A stretch of 64,000 nucleotides of DNA from Solirubrobacteraceae bacterium (GTDB lineage Bacteria; Actinomycetota; Thermoleophilia; Solirubrobacterales; Solirubrobacteraceae), in assembly GCA_035508735.1 (NCBI GenBank), contig DATJMM010000008.1, forward strand, positions 9,021-73,020, given 5' to 3'. The translations under genes and the position numbers were made by a program. Position 1 is the stretch's first letter, and the number at the start of each line of letters is the position of its first letter. The notes under the pieces are model-generated. The model made no database searches. It saw only the letters and a program-made list of their open reading frames with translations, and was not told where the DNA came from. Of the stretch, positions 23,255-35,672 are shown piece after piece.

Positions 23255-24392
23255 CGCCGGCTCCTTCCCCCTGCGCGGACGCCGCCTTCGCGAACAGGCC
23301 CGCACGCGGGTCGCCGTCGAGCGTCTTCGACAGCTCGTCGATCGCGCTCTGCTGCTCGGCGCTGAGGTGCTGCGGCACGTCGATCACGAAGCGGTAGTGG
23401 ATGTCGCCTCTCTCGCCAGGCTTGCTCAGCTTCGGCGGGCCCTCGCCGCGCAGCCGCTGCACGGTGCCGTGAGCGGTGCCGGGGCGCACGCGCAGGGTCT
23501 TGGTGCCGTTAAGCGTGGGCACCTGCACCTCGGCGCCGCGCAGCGCCTCGGGGATCGTGAGCGGCACCTCGACCTCGAGGTTGTCTCCCTTGCGCTTGAA
23601 GGTCGCAGACGGCGACACGTGGGTGATCAGGTACAGGTCGCCGGCGGGGCCGCCGTTGCGCCCCGGCTCGCCCTTGCCGGCCAGGCGGATGCGGCTGCCG
23701 TCGCGCACCCCCGCGGGGATGTTGACGCGCAGCTTCTTGACGGTGCGCACCGCGCCCGATCCGTGGCAGGTGGGGCAGGGGTCCTCGATGATCGTGCCGG
23801 CGCCGCCGCAGCGCGAGCAGGGGGTGGAGATGGAGAACATGCCCTGGCCCTGCGTCTCGATGCCACGCCCCTCGCAGCGCGGGCACACGCTCGGCGTGGT
23901 CCCCGGCTTGGCGCCGGTGCCGCGGCAGGTGGGGCAGGTGGCGTGCATCGGCACCTGCAGCGGCACCTGCGCGCCCGCGATCGCCTGGTCGAAGGTGATC
24001 GACACCTGCGCTTCGAGGTCCGCGCCGCGCTCGGCGCGCGGCTTCGTGCGCACGCGCCGGCCGCTGGCGGAGCCGCCGAACAGGTTGGAGAGGATGTCGC
24101 CCATGGAGGCGCCGTCGAAGTCGAAGTTGCCGAAGCCGCCGAAGCCGCCGCCGGGCCCCGCGCCGGTCGCGAACGGACCCGAGCCGGAGTCGTACTGCTT
24201 GCGCTTCTCGGGGTCGCCCAGCACGTCGTGCGCTTGCGAGATCTCCTTGAAGCGCGCCTCCGCCTCCTTGTCGCCGGGGTTGCGGTCGGGGTGATACTGG
24301 CGCGCCAGCTTGCGGTAGGCCTTCTTGATGTCCTCCGCGCTGGCGCGCTTGTCCACGCCGAGCGTCTTGTAGTAGTCGGGTCTGCTGGCCAT
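23244..24392 (-). CDS. dnaJ: Chaperone DnaJ
   Basis: J domain with HPD, G/F region, four CxxCxGxG repeats. Confidence 0.97.
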   Translation of the reverse strand: MASRPDYYKTLGVDKRASAEDIKKAYRKLARQYHPDRNPGDKEAEARFKEISQAHDVLGDPEKRKQYDSGSGPFATGAGPGGGFGGFGNFDFDGASMGDILSNLFGGSASGRRVRTKPRAERGADLEAQVSITFDQAIAGAQVPLQVPMHATCPTCRGTGAKPGTTPSVCPRCEGRGIETQGQGMFSISTPCSRCGGAGTIIEDPCPTCHGSGAVRTVKKLRVNIPAGVRDGSRIRLAGKGEPGRNGGPAGDLYLITHVSPSATFKRKGDNLEVEVPLTIPEALRGAEVQVPTLNGTKTLRVRPGTAHGTVQRLRGEGPPKLSKPGERGDIHYRFVIDVPQHLSAEQQSAIDELSKTLDGDPRAGLFAKAASAQGEGAGDGA

Positions 24393-24405
24393 CTAGGCTC
24401 CCTCC

Positions 24406-25014
24406 CTAGGCTGCCACGACCACACGCGCGGGCCTGATCACGTGCTCGCGGCAGCGATAGCCGGCCTGGTAGACCTCGAGCACGGTGCCGCCAGGCTGGC
24501 CGCCGGGCGCGGGCGCGGTCGCGACCGCCTCGTGCAGCGAGGGGTCGAACTGCTCGCCCACCGGGGAGAACGACTCGATGCCGGCGCGCGCGAGCGCGGC
24601 GGCCATCTCGGAGCGCACCAGCCTCACGCCCTGCAGCAGCGGGTCGTCATCGGCGGCGTGCTCGATCGCGCGGTCGAGGTTGTCGAGCGCGGGCAGCAGC
24701 TCCTTCGCCAGCGCCACCGCCCCGCGCTCCTGTGCGACGGCCGCGTCCTTCGCCACCCGCTTGCGGTAGTTCTCGAAGTCCGCCTGGGTACGCTGGGCGA
24801 GCGCCAGGTACTCGTCTCGCTGCTTGGCCTTCTCGAGCAGCTCGTCGAGATCGCCCTCGACCTCCGTGACCTCGGGCTCCTCGCTGACGGCCTGCTGCTC
24901 GCTGGCCGCGAACGCCTCGCCGAAGCTCTTCGCGGCATCCCCCGACGCGTCCCCCTGCGGGGACGAGGCGTCGGGGGACTGCTGCTCCTCGATGGTCTGC
25001 CTGGTGTCGCTCAT
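24406..25014 (-). CDS. grpE: Nucleotide exchange factor GrpE
   Basis: [43 protein letters not shown]. Confidence 0.96.
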   Translation of the reverse strand: MSDTRQTIEEQQSPDASSPQGDASGDAAKSFGEAFAASEQQAVSEEPEVTEVEGDLDELLEKAKQRDEYLALAQRTQADFENYRKRVAKDAAVAQERGAVALAKELLPALDNLDRAIEHAADDDPLLQGVRLVRSEMAAALARAGIESFSPVGEQFDPSLHEAVATAPAPGGQPGGTVLEVYQAGYRCREHVIRPARVVVAA

Positions 25015-25025
25015 CTGGCCGCCCT

Positions 25026-26942
<1,917 letters not shown>

Positions 26943-26970
26943 GGATGATGCTCCTTCTCGTATGCTTTAT

Positions 26971-27012
26971 AAATCTGAGTGAGAGTATGTCAGATTTTGT
27001 GCCGGGGTTCAA
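26971..27012 (-). promoter_or_regulatory. dnaK promoter (TTGAAC-N17-CATACT) overlapped by a HAIR-like inverted repeat
   Basis: -35 at 27012-27007 and -10 at 26989-26984. IR AAATCTGA-N11-TCAGATTT (26971-26997) has the core TCTGAGT-N7-TGTCAGA versus HAIR CTTGAGT-N7-ACTCAAG. Confidence 0.7.
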
Positions 27013-27088
27013 GTGGCCGCAACGCGGCCCTGGAACGAGACGGCAGCGGTCAGACGGCGAGCGAAGCCGGTGGCGTTCACGCCGCCGG

Positions 27089-27116
27089 TTGACTGGACCG
27101 GCATAGCGACTATCGT
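27089..27116 (+). promoter_or_regulatory. Sigma70-like promoter TTGACT-N16-TATCGT
   Basis: Upstream of the small 27143 gene, whose ATG has a GAGGT SD. Confidence 0.45.
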
Positions 27117-27142
27117 TCTGGGGGTAACCTTTGAGGTCTCAG

Positions 27143-27337
27143 ATGCCGACTAGACCAGCAATGGCTTCGACGCTCGACACCACTGCCGCGAGCCCAGGAG
27201 ACAACTCCGAGGAGGTCGTCGCGGTCGTAGACGAGGCGGAGCTCGAGACAGCGCGCCACGATCCGCGCGTGAGGTCGTTCCTGGCAGAGGCCGACGCCTA
27301 TCTGGTCGAGCTGGAGCGGCGGGGTCGCAGCAGCTAA
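27143..27337 (+). CDS. Small acidic helical hypothetical protein
   Basis: MPTRPAMASTLD..DEAELETARHDPRVRSFLAEADAYLVELERRGRSS. It has an SD and a promoter, and its stop overlaps the GNAT stop (CTAA). Confidence 0.55.
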   Translation: MPTRPAMASTLDTTAASPGDNSEEVVAVVDEAELETARHDPRVRSFLAEADAYLVELERRGRSS

Positions 27338-27912
27338 GCGAGGGCCTGCAGCGGCAGCCATAGCCGCTTGGGCTTCCTGTCATCGGCCGATGGTCGAAAC
27401 CCGTAGCGCTCTCGCCACATGGCAGAAGTGTCGTCGTCGAACGGATCGACCACGAGGACCGTGGTTGCTTGCAGTTCAGCCGCGCGGCGAGAGACAGCGA
27501 CTGCATGAAGCAGCAGCTCCCTGCCGTGGATCTCGGCACGCTCGTCCTTGGCGATCCAGGTGATCAGCGCCGCCGGCACCCGCACGGGGTCGACTCCAAC
27601 GCGGCGCCGGTCGCGCTGACTGAGCTCGACCTGCGCCGAGGCCAGCGAATAGAAGCCAGCCAGGCGATGGCCGGCGATCAGCAGATGGGTCCTGGAGGTT
27701 TGATGAGCGGGGACCGCCTGAGTGCGCAGCCACTCAGCCGCCGCTCTCGCCGCCGGGCGCTCACCAGCGTGAAAGTCCTCGAGGGCAGTGCGCAACTCGC
27801 CCGGCATGTCTCCATCCACTGACGGGAGCGTGACCCACGAAGGCTCATTGGCTCGAAATGCCGTGACGATCGAAGCAGCGGTCGCGGCCTGTGCGCGCGC
27901 TTCGCGTGCCAT
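27334..27912 (-). CDS. GNAT-fold protein, TacT/AtaT toxin-like but degenerate
   Basis: LEDFHAG..EWLR; LAGFYSLASAQV; VPAALITWIAKD; GRELLLHAV; VLVVDPFDD..RYGF..RLWLPL. Start uncertain. Confidence 0.65.
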   Translation of the reverse strand: MAREARAQAATAASIVTAFRANEPSWVTLPSVDGDMPGELRTALEDFHAGERPAARAAAEWLRTQAVPAHQTSRTHLLIAGHRLAGFYSLASAQVELSQRDRRRVGVDPVRVPAALITWIAKDERAEIHGRELLLHAVAVSRRAAELQATTVLVVDPFDDDTSAMWRERYGFRPSADDRKPKRLWLPLQALA

Positions 27913-27962
27913 CTACGTCAGCCGATTCGCAGGCCGGACGGAGACGCGTCCTAGGTTTCCGC

Positions 27963-28496
27963 TCATCGGGGTCTCGCTCTTGCCCGAGCCTCTTCAGCCG
28001 CCTGGTCGATCTGCGCCTGGCTGACCGAGGGGAAGTGAGGGGGCAGCCTGAGGTAGTTCGTTGTCGGTCGGCCCGGCACATAGCCGGTCGGCGCGTATCG
28101 ACCGTGATCGAGACGTTGAATCACGCCTTCGTCGGCAAGCTTCCACAGCGCCCACGAGACCGTCTTGCGGCTGAACTCCGGCATGTGTTCAGCGACCTCG
28201 GCGATGTTCGTCGGGCCGTTGATCGCGATCACGATCTTCAACACACGGTCCTTGGAGGTGCCTTGCTCTTCACCGTCAGGCGGCGGCGTCTCGGCGTCGA
28301 GCTGCTCGAGCGTCGTCAGTATCGCCCTCAGGCGCTGGGCCTCGGTTTCGGCTTCGCCGGCGCGTTGGTACGCCTGCTGCGCCTCCTCGACCGCCGCGGC
28401 GACCCTCTGCTCGGCCTCGCGAATCAGCTCGTGCGCACGTGGAATGGCGCCCGAGATGCTGCCCGGATCGGCAAAGTCCACAAGAAGATCCTGCAC
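27963..28496 (-). CDS. Coiled-coil plus winged-HTH protein
   Basis: N-terminal heptad-rich helix; C-terminal NIAEVAEHMPEFSRKTVSWALWKLADEGVIQRLDHGRY. AT-rich upstream region. Confidence 0.6.
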   Translation of the reverse strand: MQDLLVDFADPGSISGAIPRAHELIREAEQRVAAAVEEAQQAYQRAGEAETEAQRLRAILTTLEQLDAETPPPDGEEQGTSKDRVLKIVIAINGPTNIAEVAEHMPEFSRKTVSWALWKLADEGVIQRLDHGRYAPTGYVPGRPTTNYLRLPPHFPSVSQAQIDQAAEEARARARPR

Positions 28497-28655
28497 ACAA
28501 CGATAATAGCAGGAAGCACAGATAAAAATTGAGGATGCCGATCAGGCCAGCAGATCCTTTAGAGACGCCGTGTCCGCCGGCGCAGGGCCCCCCCAAACAG
28601 GGGGTTGCAAGGGTCGTGCGGTAACGGCCTGCGCGCGCGTGGGTATGACTGCGCA

Positions 28656-29588
28656 GTGACGCGCCTCGAGCGAAACGTCAACATCGCCGCCGTGGTGGTC
28701 CCGTTCCTGGGGGTGATAGCGGCGGCGGCGGTGCTGTGGAACCACTTCCTCGGCGCGCGCGACCTGGCGATCTTCGCGGTGATGTACGCGCTCACCGCGC
28801 TCGGCATCACGGTGGGCTTCCACCGGCTGCTCACGCACCGCGCCTTCCAGACCCGCCCGTGGCTGCGCTGCACGCTCGCGGTGCTCGGCTCGATGGCGTT
28901 GCAGGGCCCGGTGATCGACTGGGTGGCCGACCACCGCAAGCACCACACCTTCACCGACGAAGAGGGCGACCCGCACAGCCCGCACGCAGGCCACGGCGCC
29001 GGCCTGCGCGGCATGCTCGCCGGCCTGTGGCACGCGCACGTGGGCTGGCTGTTCCAGACGCACGGGCAGGCCTCCTCCAAACGCTTCGCGCGCGACCTCG
29101 TGGAGGACGCCGCGATGAGGCGCATCAACCGCAACTTCCCGCTGATCGCGCTCGCCAGCCTCGCGATCCCGTTCCTCGCAGGCCTCGCGCTGAGCGGCGG
29201 CTCGCTCGTCGACGGGGGGCTGTCGGCGCTGCTGTGGGCAGGCCTCGTGCGCATCTTCCTGGTGCACCACGTCACCTGGTCGATCAACTCCATCTGCCAC
29301 TTCTTCGGCAGCCGCCGCTTCGACACCGACGATGAGTCCACCAACGTGTTCTGGCTGGCGCTGCCCTCGCTCGGCGAGGCCTGGCACCACAACCACCACG
29401 CCTTCCCGCAGTCCGCCTTCCACGGCCTGCGCTGGTACGAGCTCGACCCCTCCGGCTGGCTGATCCTCGGTCTCGAGCGCGTGGGGCTGGCCTGGGACGT
29501 GGTCAAGGTCACGCCCGAGCGCGCCCGCGCGAAGCTCGCGGGCGACGCCGAGACGAGCGCGGTCGGCGGCGCCACGCTGAGCGGCTGA
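28656..29588 (+). CDS. Acyl-CoA/acyl-lipid delta-9 desaturase
   Basis: His boxes HRLLTH, HRKHH and HHNHH; NSICH; GTG at 28656. Confidence 0.93.
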   Translation: MTRLERNVNIAAVVVPFLGVIAAAAVLWNHFLGARDLAIFAVMYALTALGITVGFHRLLTHRAFQTRPWLRCTLAVLGSMALQGPVIDWVADHRKHHTFTDEEGDPHSPHAGHGAGLRGMLAGLWHAHVGWLFQTHGQASSKRFARDLVEDAAMRRINRNFPLIALASLAIPFLAGLALSGGSLVDGGLSALLWAGLVRIFLVHHVTWSINSICHFFGSRRFDTDDESTNVFWLALPSLGEAWHHNHHAFPQSAFHGLRWYELDPSGWLILGLERVGLAWDVVKVTPERARAKLAGDAETSAVGGATLSG

Positions 29589-29627
29589 GGGCTCGCGCGA
29601 AGCTCGCCCGAGCGCTACCTTCTCGGC

Positions 29628-30287
29628 ATGAACGTGGTCCCGGCCGGGGCTGCCGTGAAGCCCAGCATGCGGGGCGTGCTGCACGAGTACGCCTTCTTCG
29701 TCTCGCTCGGCTGCGGCGTGGCGTTGATCCTGGCCGCCTCCGGCGGCCGCGCGCGCCTGGCCGCGTGCGTCTACGCGGGCGCGGTGTCGGCGCTGCTGGG
29801 CACCAGCGCGCTCTACCACCGCGTCACCTGGCGCCCGCGCGCGCGCCGCTGGATGCGCCGCCTCGACCACTCGATGATCTTCGTGCTGATCGCCGGCACC
29901 TACACGCCGGTGGCGCTGCTCGCGCTGAAGGGCGCGCTCGCGCACACGATCCTGCTGGTGCTGTGGCTCGGCGCGCTCGGCGGCGTGGTCTTCAAGCTGC
30001 TGTGGATCGACGCGCCCAAGTGGGTGTTCGCGATCGTGTACGTGGCGCTCGGGCTGGTCACCGCCGCCGTGATCGGCGAGCTGCCAGCAGCGATCGGCTG
30101 GCTGGGCGCCGCCGGGCTCGCCGGCGGCGGCCTGCTGTACGGCCTCGGCGCCGTCGTCTACGCCAGCGGCCGCCCCAACCCCTGGCCCAGGGTGTTCGGC
30201 TACCACGAGGTGTTCCACTCGCTAGTGCTGGCCGCCGCCGCCCTGCACTACGCCGTCATCGCCTTCGCGGTGCTGCCCCACCGCTGA
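29628..30287 (+). CDS. Hemolysin III/PAQR family membrane protein
   Basis: SALYH; RRLDHSMIFVLIAGTYTP; GYHEVFH. Confidence 0.93.
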   Translation: MNVVPAGAAVKPSMRGVLHEYAFFVSLGCGVALILAASGGRARLAACVYAGAVSALLGTSALYHRVTWRPRARRWMRRLDHSMIFVLIAGTYTPVALLALKGALAHTILLVLWLGALGGVVFKLLWIDAPKWVFAIVYVALGLVTAAVIGELPAAIGWLGAAGLAGGGLLYGLGAVVYASGRPNPWPRVFGYHEVFHSLVLAAAALHYAVIAFAVLPHR

Positions 30288-30990
30288 ACGCGCCGCGGCT
30301 CGGGCACATGCGCGCGAGCGCGCACTCGTCGCAGGCCGGGGCGCGCGCGTGGCAGGTGCGCCGGCCGTGGCGCAGCAGGTTCACGTGCAGCTCCAGCTCC
30401 TGGCCCGGCGGCGTCAGCGCCAGCATCTGGTCGTGCAGGCGCTCGAACGGCGCGCCCGGCTGCAGCAGGCGCAGGCGCGCGCCCACGCGCGAGACGTGCG
30501 TGTCCACCGGCACCTCGCGCAGGCCGTAGGCGAACAGCAGCACGCACGCCGCCGTCTTGCGCCCCACGCCCGGCAGCGACACCAGGTAGTCGCGGGCCTC
30601 GGCCAGCGGCACGTCCGCCAGCCAGTCGAGCGAGAGCTCGCGCCCCGGCGCGGGCGGGCGTTCGCCGATCGCGCGCAGGATCGCCTGGATGCGCGCCGAC
30701 TTCACCTTCGAGATGCCGCCCGGGCGGATCGCCTCCTCCACCTGCGCCAGCGGCGCGTCGCGCACCCGCTCCCAGCGAAAGCGAGACCCACCGAAGCGCC
30801 CGCGCAGGCGCAGGTAGGCGACGTCGCGGTTGCGGTCGTTGGTGGACTGCGAGAGCACCGTCAGCACCAGCTCGGCGATCGGGCGCCGATGCGGGCGCAT
30901 CAGCGGCACGCCGTAGACCTCGCGCAGGCGTTCGCGCACCCTCACCACGCGCGCCCGCGACGGCGGCTGCCAGCTGCGTGTCGAGCTCAC
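30256..30990 (-). CDS. Endonuclease III-like HhH-GPD DNA glycosylase with 4Fe-4S motif
   Basis: VLSQSTND; LPGVGRKTAACV; VPVDTHV; CHARAPACDECALARMC. GTG at 30990. Confidence 0.88.
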   Translation of the reverse strand: MSSTRSWQPPSRARVVRVRERLREVYGVPLMRPHRRPIAELVLTVLSQSTNDRNRDVAYLRLRGRFGGSRFRWERVRDAPLAQVEEAIRPGGISKVKSARIQAILRAIGERPPAPGRELSLDWLADVPLAEARDYLVSLPGVGRKTAACVLLFAYGLREVPVDTHVSRVGARLRLLQPGAPFERLHDQMLALTPPGQELELHVNLLRHGRRTCHARAPACDECALARMCPSRGAFSGGAAPRRR

Positions 30991-31016
30991 CGCTATATCC
31001 TCGCGCGATTCTCCAA

Positions 31017-32750
31017 GTGAGCGAGCACAGCGCGCGCAGCGGGCGATCCCGCTCGCGTCCGTGGTGGACGCTGCTGCCACCGGCCTGGACGATCACCGCC
31101 GCGGCCTCCGTGGCCTACCTGATCGCCGCGCCGCCCAGCCCCGACCTCGCCGCCGCCGGCTACCGCAGCTACCTCTTCTCCCACGCCGGCTTCACGCTGT
31201 GGGACAACTCCTGGTACGGCGGCCACCACCTGCTCGCCTACTCCGTGCTCGCCCCCGCGCTCGGCGCGCTGCTCGGCCCGCAGCCGCTGGCCGCGATCTC
31301 GATGGTGATCGCCACCGCGCTGTTCGCGATCCTCGTACGCGGCTGCTTCGCCGCGCGCCCGGCGCGCGTCGCCGCCGCCTGGTTCGCGCTCGGCGCCTCG
31401 GTGGCGCTGCTCTCGAGCCGCGTGCCGTTCGACCTCGGGCTGGCGGTGGGGCTCGCCGCGGCGCTGGCCGCCCAGCGGCGCAGGCTCGCGCCGGCGCTCG
31501 CGCTGAGCGTGCTGTGCGCGCTGGCCAGCCCCGTCGCCGGCGCCTTCGCCGGCCTCGCCTTCCTCGCCTGGGCGCTGGCCGGAGGCGAGCGCGCGTGGGC
31601 GTCGGCGCTCGCGCTCGCCTCGCTCGCCCCGATCGGCGCGCTCGCGCTGGCCTTCCCCGAAGGCGGCACGCAGCCCTACGTGGCCTCCGCCTTCTACCCC
31701 GAGCTAGCCGGCGTGCTCGCGATCGCCGCGCTGATCGAAAGCGCCCCCGCCGCGCGCGCCGCCCACGCCGCGCGCACGGCGGCGCTCTACGCGGGCGCCG
31801 GCGGCCTCGGCAGCCGCGCCGCCGCGCGCACCGCGCGGGCGCTGTCGCTGCTGCGCGTCGGCCTCGCGCTGTACGCGCTGGCGCTGATCGGCTCCTACCT
31901 GCTGCCCACCGCCGTCGGCGGCAACGTCGACAGGCTCGGCGCGATCGCCGCCGGCCCGGTGGCCGCCTGCGCGCTGGTGGACGCCACGCGCCTGCGCCGG
32001 ATCGCGCTGGCGGCGCTCGCGCCGCTGCTGCTCTACTGGCAGGCCAACGCCCCGGTCGCGGACTTCGCCGCGGCCGCCTCCGACCCCTCCGTGCACGCCT
32101 CCTACTACGCGCCGCTGCTGGGCGAGCTGCGCGCGCTCGGCGTCGGCTACGGCGCGCGCCCCGTGCGCATCGAGGTGGTCGCCACCGCCGACCACTGGGA
32201 GGCGCGCTGGGTGGCGGCGCACGCGATGATCGCGCGTGGCTGGGAGCGCCAGCTCGACACCTACCGCAACGGCCTCTTCTACGGCGGCCGCGCGCTCACG
32301 CCCGCGCGCTATCGCGCCTGGCTCGCGCGCAACGCGATCTCCTACGTGGCGCTGCCCGACGCGCCGCTGGACTACTCCGCCAAGGCCGAGGCGCGCCTGG
32401 TGCGCGCCGGCCCGCCCTACCTGCGCGAAGTGTGGCGCTCGGCGCACTGGCGACTGTTCGCCGTGCGCCACGCCACGCCGCTCGCCCAGGCGCCCGCCCG
32501 GCTGCTCGCCGCCACCAGCGACTCGCTCACGCTGTACGCGCCGCGGCCCGGCTCCTACACGGTGCGCGTGCGCTTCACCCCCTACTGGCAGCTCCAGCGC
32601 GCATTCGGCGCGCCGGGCGGCGCGGACGGCTGCGTGAGCGAAGGCCCGGAAGGCTGGACCGAGCTCGGCGTGCGCCGCGCCGGGCGCGTGCGCCTGGCGA
32701 TCTCCTTCTCGCTCGCGCGTGTGCTCGCCGACGGTCCTCGCTGCAGCTGA
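31017..32750 (+). CDS. Multi-pass membrane protein, GT-C-fold glycosyltransferase-like
   Basis: TM1 followed by a loop PDLAA..YR..WDNSWYGGH, more than 10 TM helices, and a C-terminal extracytoplasmic domain (RGWERQLD). Confidence 0.5.
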   Translation: MSEHSARSGRSRSRPWWTLLPPAWTITAAASVAYLIAAPPSPDLAAAGYRSYLFSHAGFTLWDNSWYGGHHLLAYSVLAPALGALLGPQPLAAISMVIATALFAILVRGCFAARPARVAAAWFALGASVALLSSRVPFDLGLAVGLAAALAAQRRRLAPALALSVLCALASPVAGAFAGLAFLAWALAGGERAWASALALASLAPIGALALAFPEGGTQPYVASAFYPELAGVLAIAALIESAPAARAAHAARTAALYAGAGGLGSRAAARTARALSLLRVGLALYALALIGSYLLPTAVGGNVDRLGAIAAGPVAACALVDATRLRRIALAALAPLLLYWQANAPVADFAAAASDPSVHASYYAPLLGELRALGVGYGARPVRIEVVATADHWEARWVAAHAMIARGWERQLDTYRNGLFYGGRALTPARYRAWLARNAISYVALPDAPLDYSAKAEARLVRAGPPYLREVWRSAHWRLFAVRHATPLAQAPARLLAATSDSLTLYAPRPGSYTVRVRFTPYWQLQRAFGAPGGADGCVSEGPEGWTELGVRRAGRVRLAISFSLARVLADGPRCS

Positions 32751-32773
32751 GCATCGTCTAGGCTTTCACGTCG

Positions 32774-33565
32774 ATGCTCGCCCGCGCTCGTGTCCTGCAG
32801 GCGCGCCTGTTGCCCCACGGCTGGCTCGACGCCCTGCGGCAGCTCTCGCTGTTCGGCGCCGCCTACATCGCCTACCGGCTCGTGCGCGGGCTCGTCGAGG
32901 GTGACGCCAACGCCGCCTTCGCGCACGCACGCGACGTGATCGAGCTCGAGCGCAAGCTGCACATATTCGTCGAGCCCTCGATCCAGTCGTGGGCGTCCGG
33001 CAGCCACTTCCTGATGGTGGTGTGCAGCTGGCTGTACGTCAACGCGCAGACGAGCGTCACCGTGGCCGCGCTCGTCTACCTCTACATCTGCCGCAACCGC
33101 AACTTCTACTTCGTGCGCAACATGCTGATGGTGGGGATGGCGCTCGCGCTCGTCGGCTACGTCATCTTCCCCACCGCGCCGCCGCGCTTCATGCCGGAGT
33201 GGGGCTTCGTGGACACCGTCGCCGACGTCACCGGCGTGCACGTCAACCACGACAGCGCCTCGCTCAACGCGCTCACCAACCTGTACGCCGCCGTTCCCTC
33301 CATGCACGTCGCCTTCGCGCTGATGATCGGCTGCTCGCTGTCACGGCTGGCGCGCTGGCGCCTCTCGCGTGCGCTGTGGCTCGCCTACCCGCTCGTGATC
33401 GCGTTCGTGATCATCGTCACCGCCAACCACTTCGTCACCGACGCCCTGCTCGGCGCCATCACCGCCGCCATCTCCGCCTACGCCGCCAGCTGGATGGCGC
33501 GCGCGCGACCGCAGGCCTGGCGCTTCTCCGCGGTCGGACCGGCGCAGCTGAGCGCCAGCGGATAG
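32774..33565 (+). CDS. PAP2-like AUR1/inositol-phosphorylceramide synthase-family protein
   Basis: FPTAPPRF; YAAVPSMHVAFA; TANHFVTD (His, His, Asp retained). Confidence 0.8.
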   Translation: MLARARVLQARLLPHGWLDALRQLSLFGAAYIAYRLVRGLVEGDANAAFAHARDVIELERKLHIFVEPSIQSWASGSHFLMVVCSWLYVNAQTSVTVAALVYLYICRNRNFYFVRNMLMVGMALALVGYVIFPTAPPRFMPEWGFVDTVADVTGVHVNHDSASLNALTNLYAAVPSMHVAFALMIGCSLSRLARWRLSRALWLAYPLVIAFVIIVTANHFVTDALLGAITAAISAYAASWMARARPQAWRFSAVGPAQLSASG

Positions 33566-33581
33566 GAGCGAGCGCACCCGC

Positions 33582-34262
33582 ATGGCTCCCACACCGCCCC
33601 GCCAGCGCGCCCCCACGCGGCGCGCGCGCAGGCGCGCTCGCCGCGCCGGCGCCCACGGCCAGCGCGCGCCGATCGGCGCAGGACAGCGGCGCGAGCTCGT
33701 GCGCAACCGCCTGATCGAGTCGCGCCTGACGCCCAACGCAATCTCGCTCACCGGCCTCGCGCTCAACCTGGTCGCGGCCGTGCTGGTGTGGGAGCGGTAC
33801 TTCTTCCTCGGCGGCATCGCCTTCATCGTCGGCTCGATCATGGACACGCTCGACGGGCGCTACTCGCGCATGTCCGGCAAGGGCACCCCCTTCGGCGCGT
33901 TCCTCGACTCCACGCTCGACCGCATCGAGGAGGGCATCGTGCTGACCGCCGTGGCCGGCTACTTCGCGCTGCACGGCCAGCGCGTCGCCGCCGCCGCCGT
34001 GGTCGTCGCCGTGCTCGCCTCGCTGATGGTCAGCTACACGCGCGCGCGGGCGGAGGCGCTCGGCGTCGAGTGCAAGGTCGGCGTCGCCACCCGCCCCGTG
34101 CGCGTCGTGATCCTCGCCGTCGGCCTGGTGTTCGCCCGCGGCGCCTCGCTCGGCAGCTTCGAGCTGCTGCGGCCCGCCGTCTACGTGCTCGCCGCGCTCA
34201 GCGTGTTCACCGTCGCGCAGCGCATCTGGCACGTGCGCCGCGAGCTCGCCGGTGTGACCTAG
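33582..34262 (+). CDS. pgsA: CDP-alcohol phosphatidyltransferase (probable PIP synthase)
   Basis: LTPNAIS; DTLDGRYSR..G..GAFLDSTLDR; SYTRARAEALG; directly upstream of ino1. Confidence 0.85.
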   Translation: MAPTPPRQRAPTRRARRRARRAGAHGQRAPIGAGQRRELVRNRLIESRLTPNAISLTGLALNLVAAVLVWERYFFLGGIAFIVGSIMDTLDGRYSRMSGKGTPFGAFLDSTLDRIEEGIVLTAVAGYFALHGQRVAAAAVVVAVLASLMVSYTRARAEALGVECKVGVATRPVRVVILAVGLVFARGASLGSFELLRPAVYVLAALSVFTVAQRIWHVRRELAGVT

Positions 34263-34352
34263 CCGAGCGGGCGGGGTAGTCTCCGCCATAGCCCACGGCT
34301 TCCTCGACCGCCCCGGTCCCCGCGCCGGGCCCATCAGCAAAGGACTTCTCTC

Positions 34353-35624
34353 GTGATCAAGCAGCACTCAAACGGCCGTGCGTCTGCGAACGGCTCGGCC
34401 TCCAAGAACGGTGCCGCCCGCTACCAGTCCGAGAAGGTGCGTGTGGCGATCGTCGGCGTCGGCAACTGCGCCTCGGCGTTCGTGCAGGGCGTGCACTACT
34501 ACCGCCACGCCGACCCCGCCGAGCGCGTCCCCGGCCTCATGCACGTGGACCTCGGCGGCTACCACGTGCGCGACATCGAGTTCACCGCCGCCTTCGACAT
34601 CGACGCCAAGAAGGTCGGCAAGGATCTCGGCCAGGCGATCTGGGCGGGGCAGAACAACACCATCAAGTTCGCCAAGGGCGCGCGCGCGGTGCCCGCCAAG
34701 CTCGGCGTGCCGGTGCACCGCGGCATGACCCACGACGGCCTCGGCAAGTACCTCAAGGAGAAGATCGTCAAGGCTCCCGGCGAGACCGCCGACATCGTCA
34801 AGATCCTCAAGGACACGCACACCGACGTGGTCGTCTCCTACCTGCCCGTCGGCTCCGAGCAGGCCACCAAGTGGTACGTCGAGCAGGTGCTCGAGGCCGG
34901 CTGCGGCTTCGTCAACTGCATCCCCGTGTTCATCGCCCGCGAGAGATATTGGGACAGGCGGTTCAAGGAGGCGGGGCTGCCGATCGTCGGCGACGACATC
35001 AAGTCGCAGGTCGGCGCCACGATCGTGCACCGCACGCTCGCGCGGCTGTTCGCCGACCGCGGCGTCGAGATCGAGCGCACCTCGCAGCTCAACGTCGGCG
35101 GCAACATGGACTTCTACAACATGCTCGAGCGCGAGCGCCTGGAGTCCAAGAAGATCTCCAAGACAAACGCCGTCACCTCGATCATGGATCACCAGCTCCC
35201 GGCGGACGACGTCTACATCGGGCCCTCCGACTACGTCCCCTGGCTCACCGACCGCAAGTGGGCGCACATCCGCGTCGAGGGCCAGGCCTTCGGCGACGTG
35301 CCGCTCAACGTCGAGCTGAAGCTCGAGGTGTGGGACTCGCCCAACTCCGCCGGCATCGTCATCGACGCCGTGCGCTGCTGCAAGCTCGCGCTCAACCACG
35401 GCGTCGGCGGCCAGCTCGACGGCCCCTCCTCCTACCTGATGAAGTCGCCCCAGAACCAGCGGCCCGACGAGCAGGCGCGCCGCGACACCGAGGCCTTCAT
35501 CGCCCGCCATGCCGGCCAGCCCCGCACCAGCGCGAAGGGGAGGCGCCCGGCGGCGGCGGGTCGCTCCTCGCGCCGCGGGCGCGCCGCCGCAGCCGGCGCC
35601 GGCAAAGCCGCAAAGAGCGAATGA
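34353..35624 (+). CDS. ino1: myo-inositol-1(3)-phosphate synthase
   Basis: [11 protein letters not shown]; [10 protein letters not shown]; LNVGGNMDF; [12 protein letters not shown]. Confidence 0.96.
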   Translation: MIKQHSNGRASANGSASKNGAARYQSEKVRVAIVGVGNCASAFVQGVHYYRHADPAERVPGLMHVDLGGYHVRDIEFTAAFDIDAKKVGKDLGQAIWAGQNNTIKFAKGARAVPAKLGVPVHRGMTHDGLGKYLKEKIVKAPGETADIVKILKDTHTDVVVSYLPVGSEQATKWYVEQVLEAGCGFVNCIPVFIARERYWDRRFKEAGLPIVGDDIKSQVGATIVHRTLARLFADRGVEIERTSQLNVGGNMDFYNMLERERLESKKISKTNAVTSIMDHQLPADDVYIGPSDYVPWLTDRKWAHIRVEGQAFGDVPLNVELKLEVWDSPNSAGIVIDAVRCCKLALNHGVGGQLDGPSSYLMKSPQNQRPDEQARRDTEAFIARHAGQPRTSAKGRRPAAAGRSSRRGRAAAAGAGKAAKSE

Positions 35625-35672
35625 CCGCCGCCGGCGAGCGCCCGCCGCACGCGCCATAATCGCTGTCAGTCG

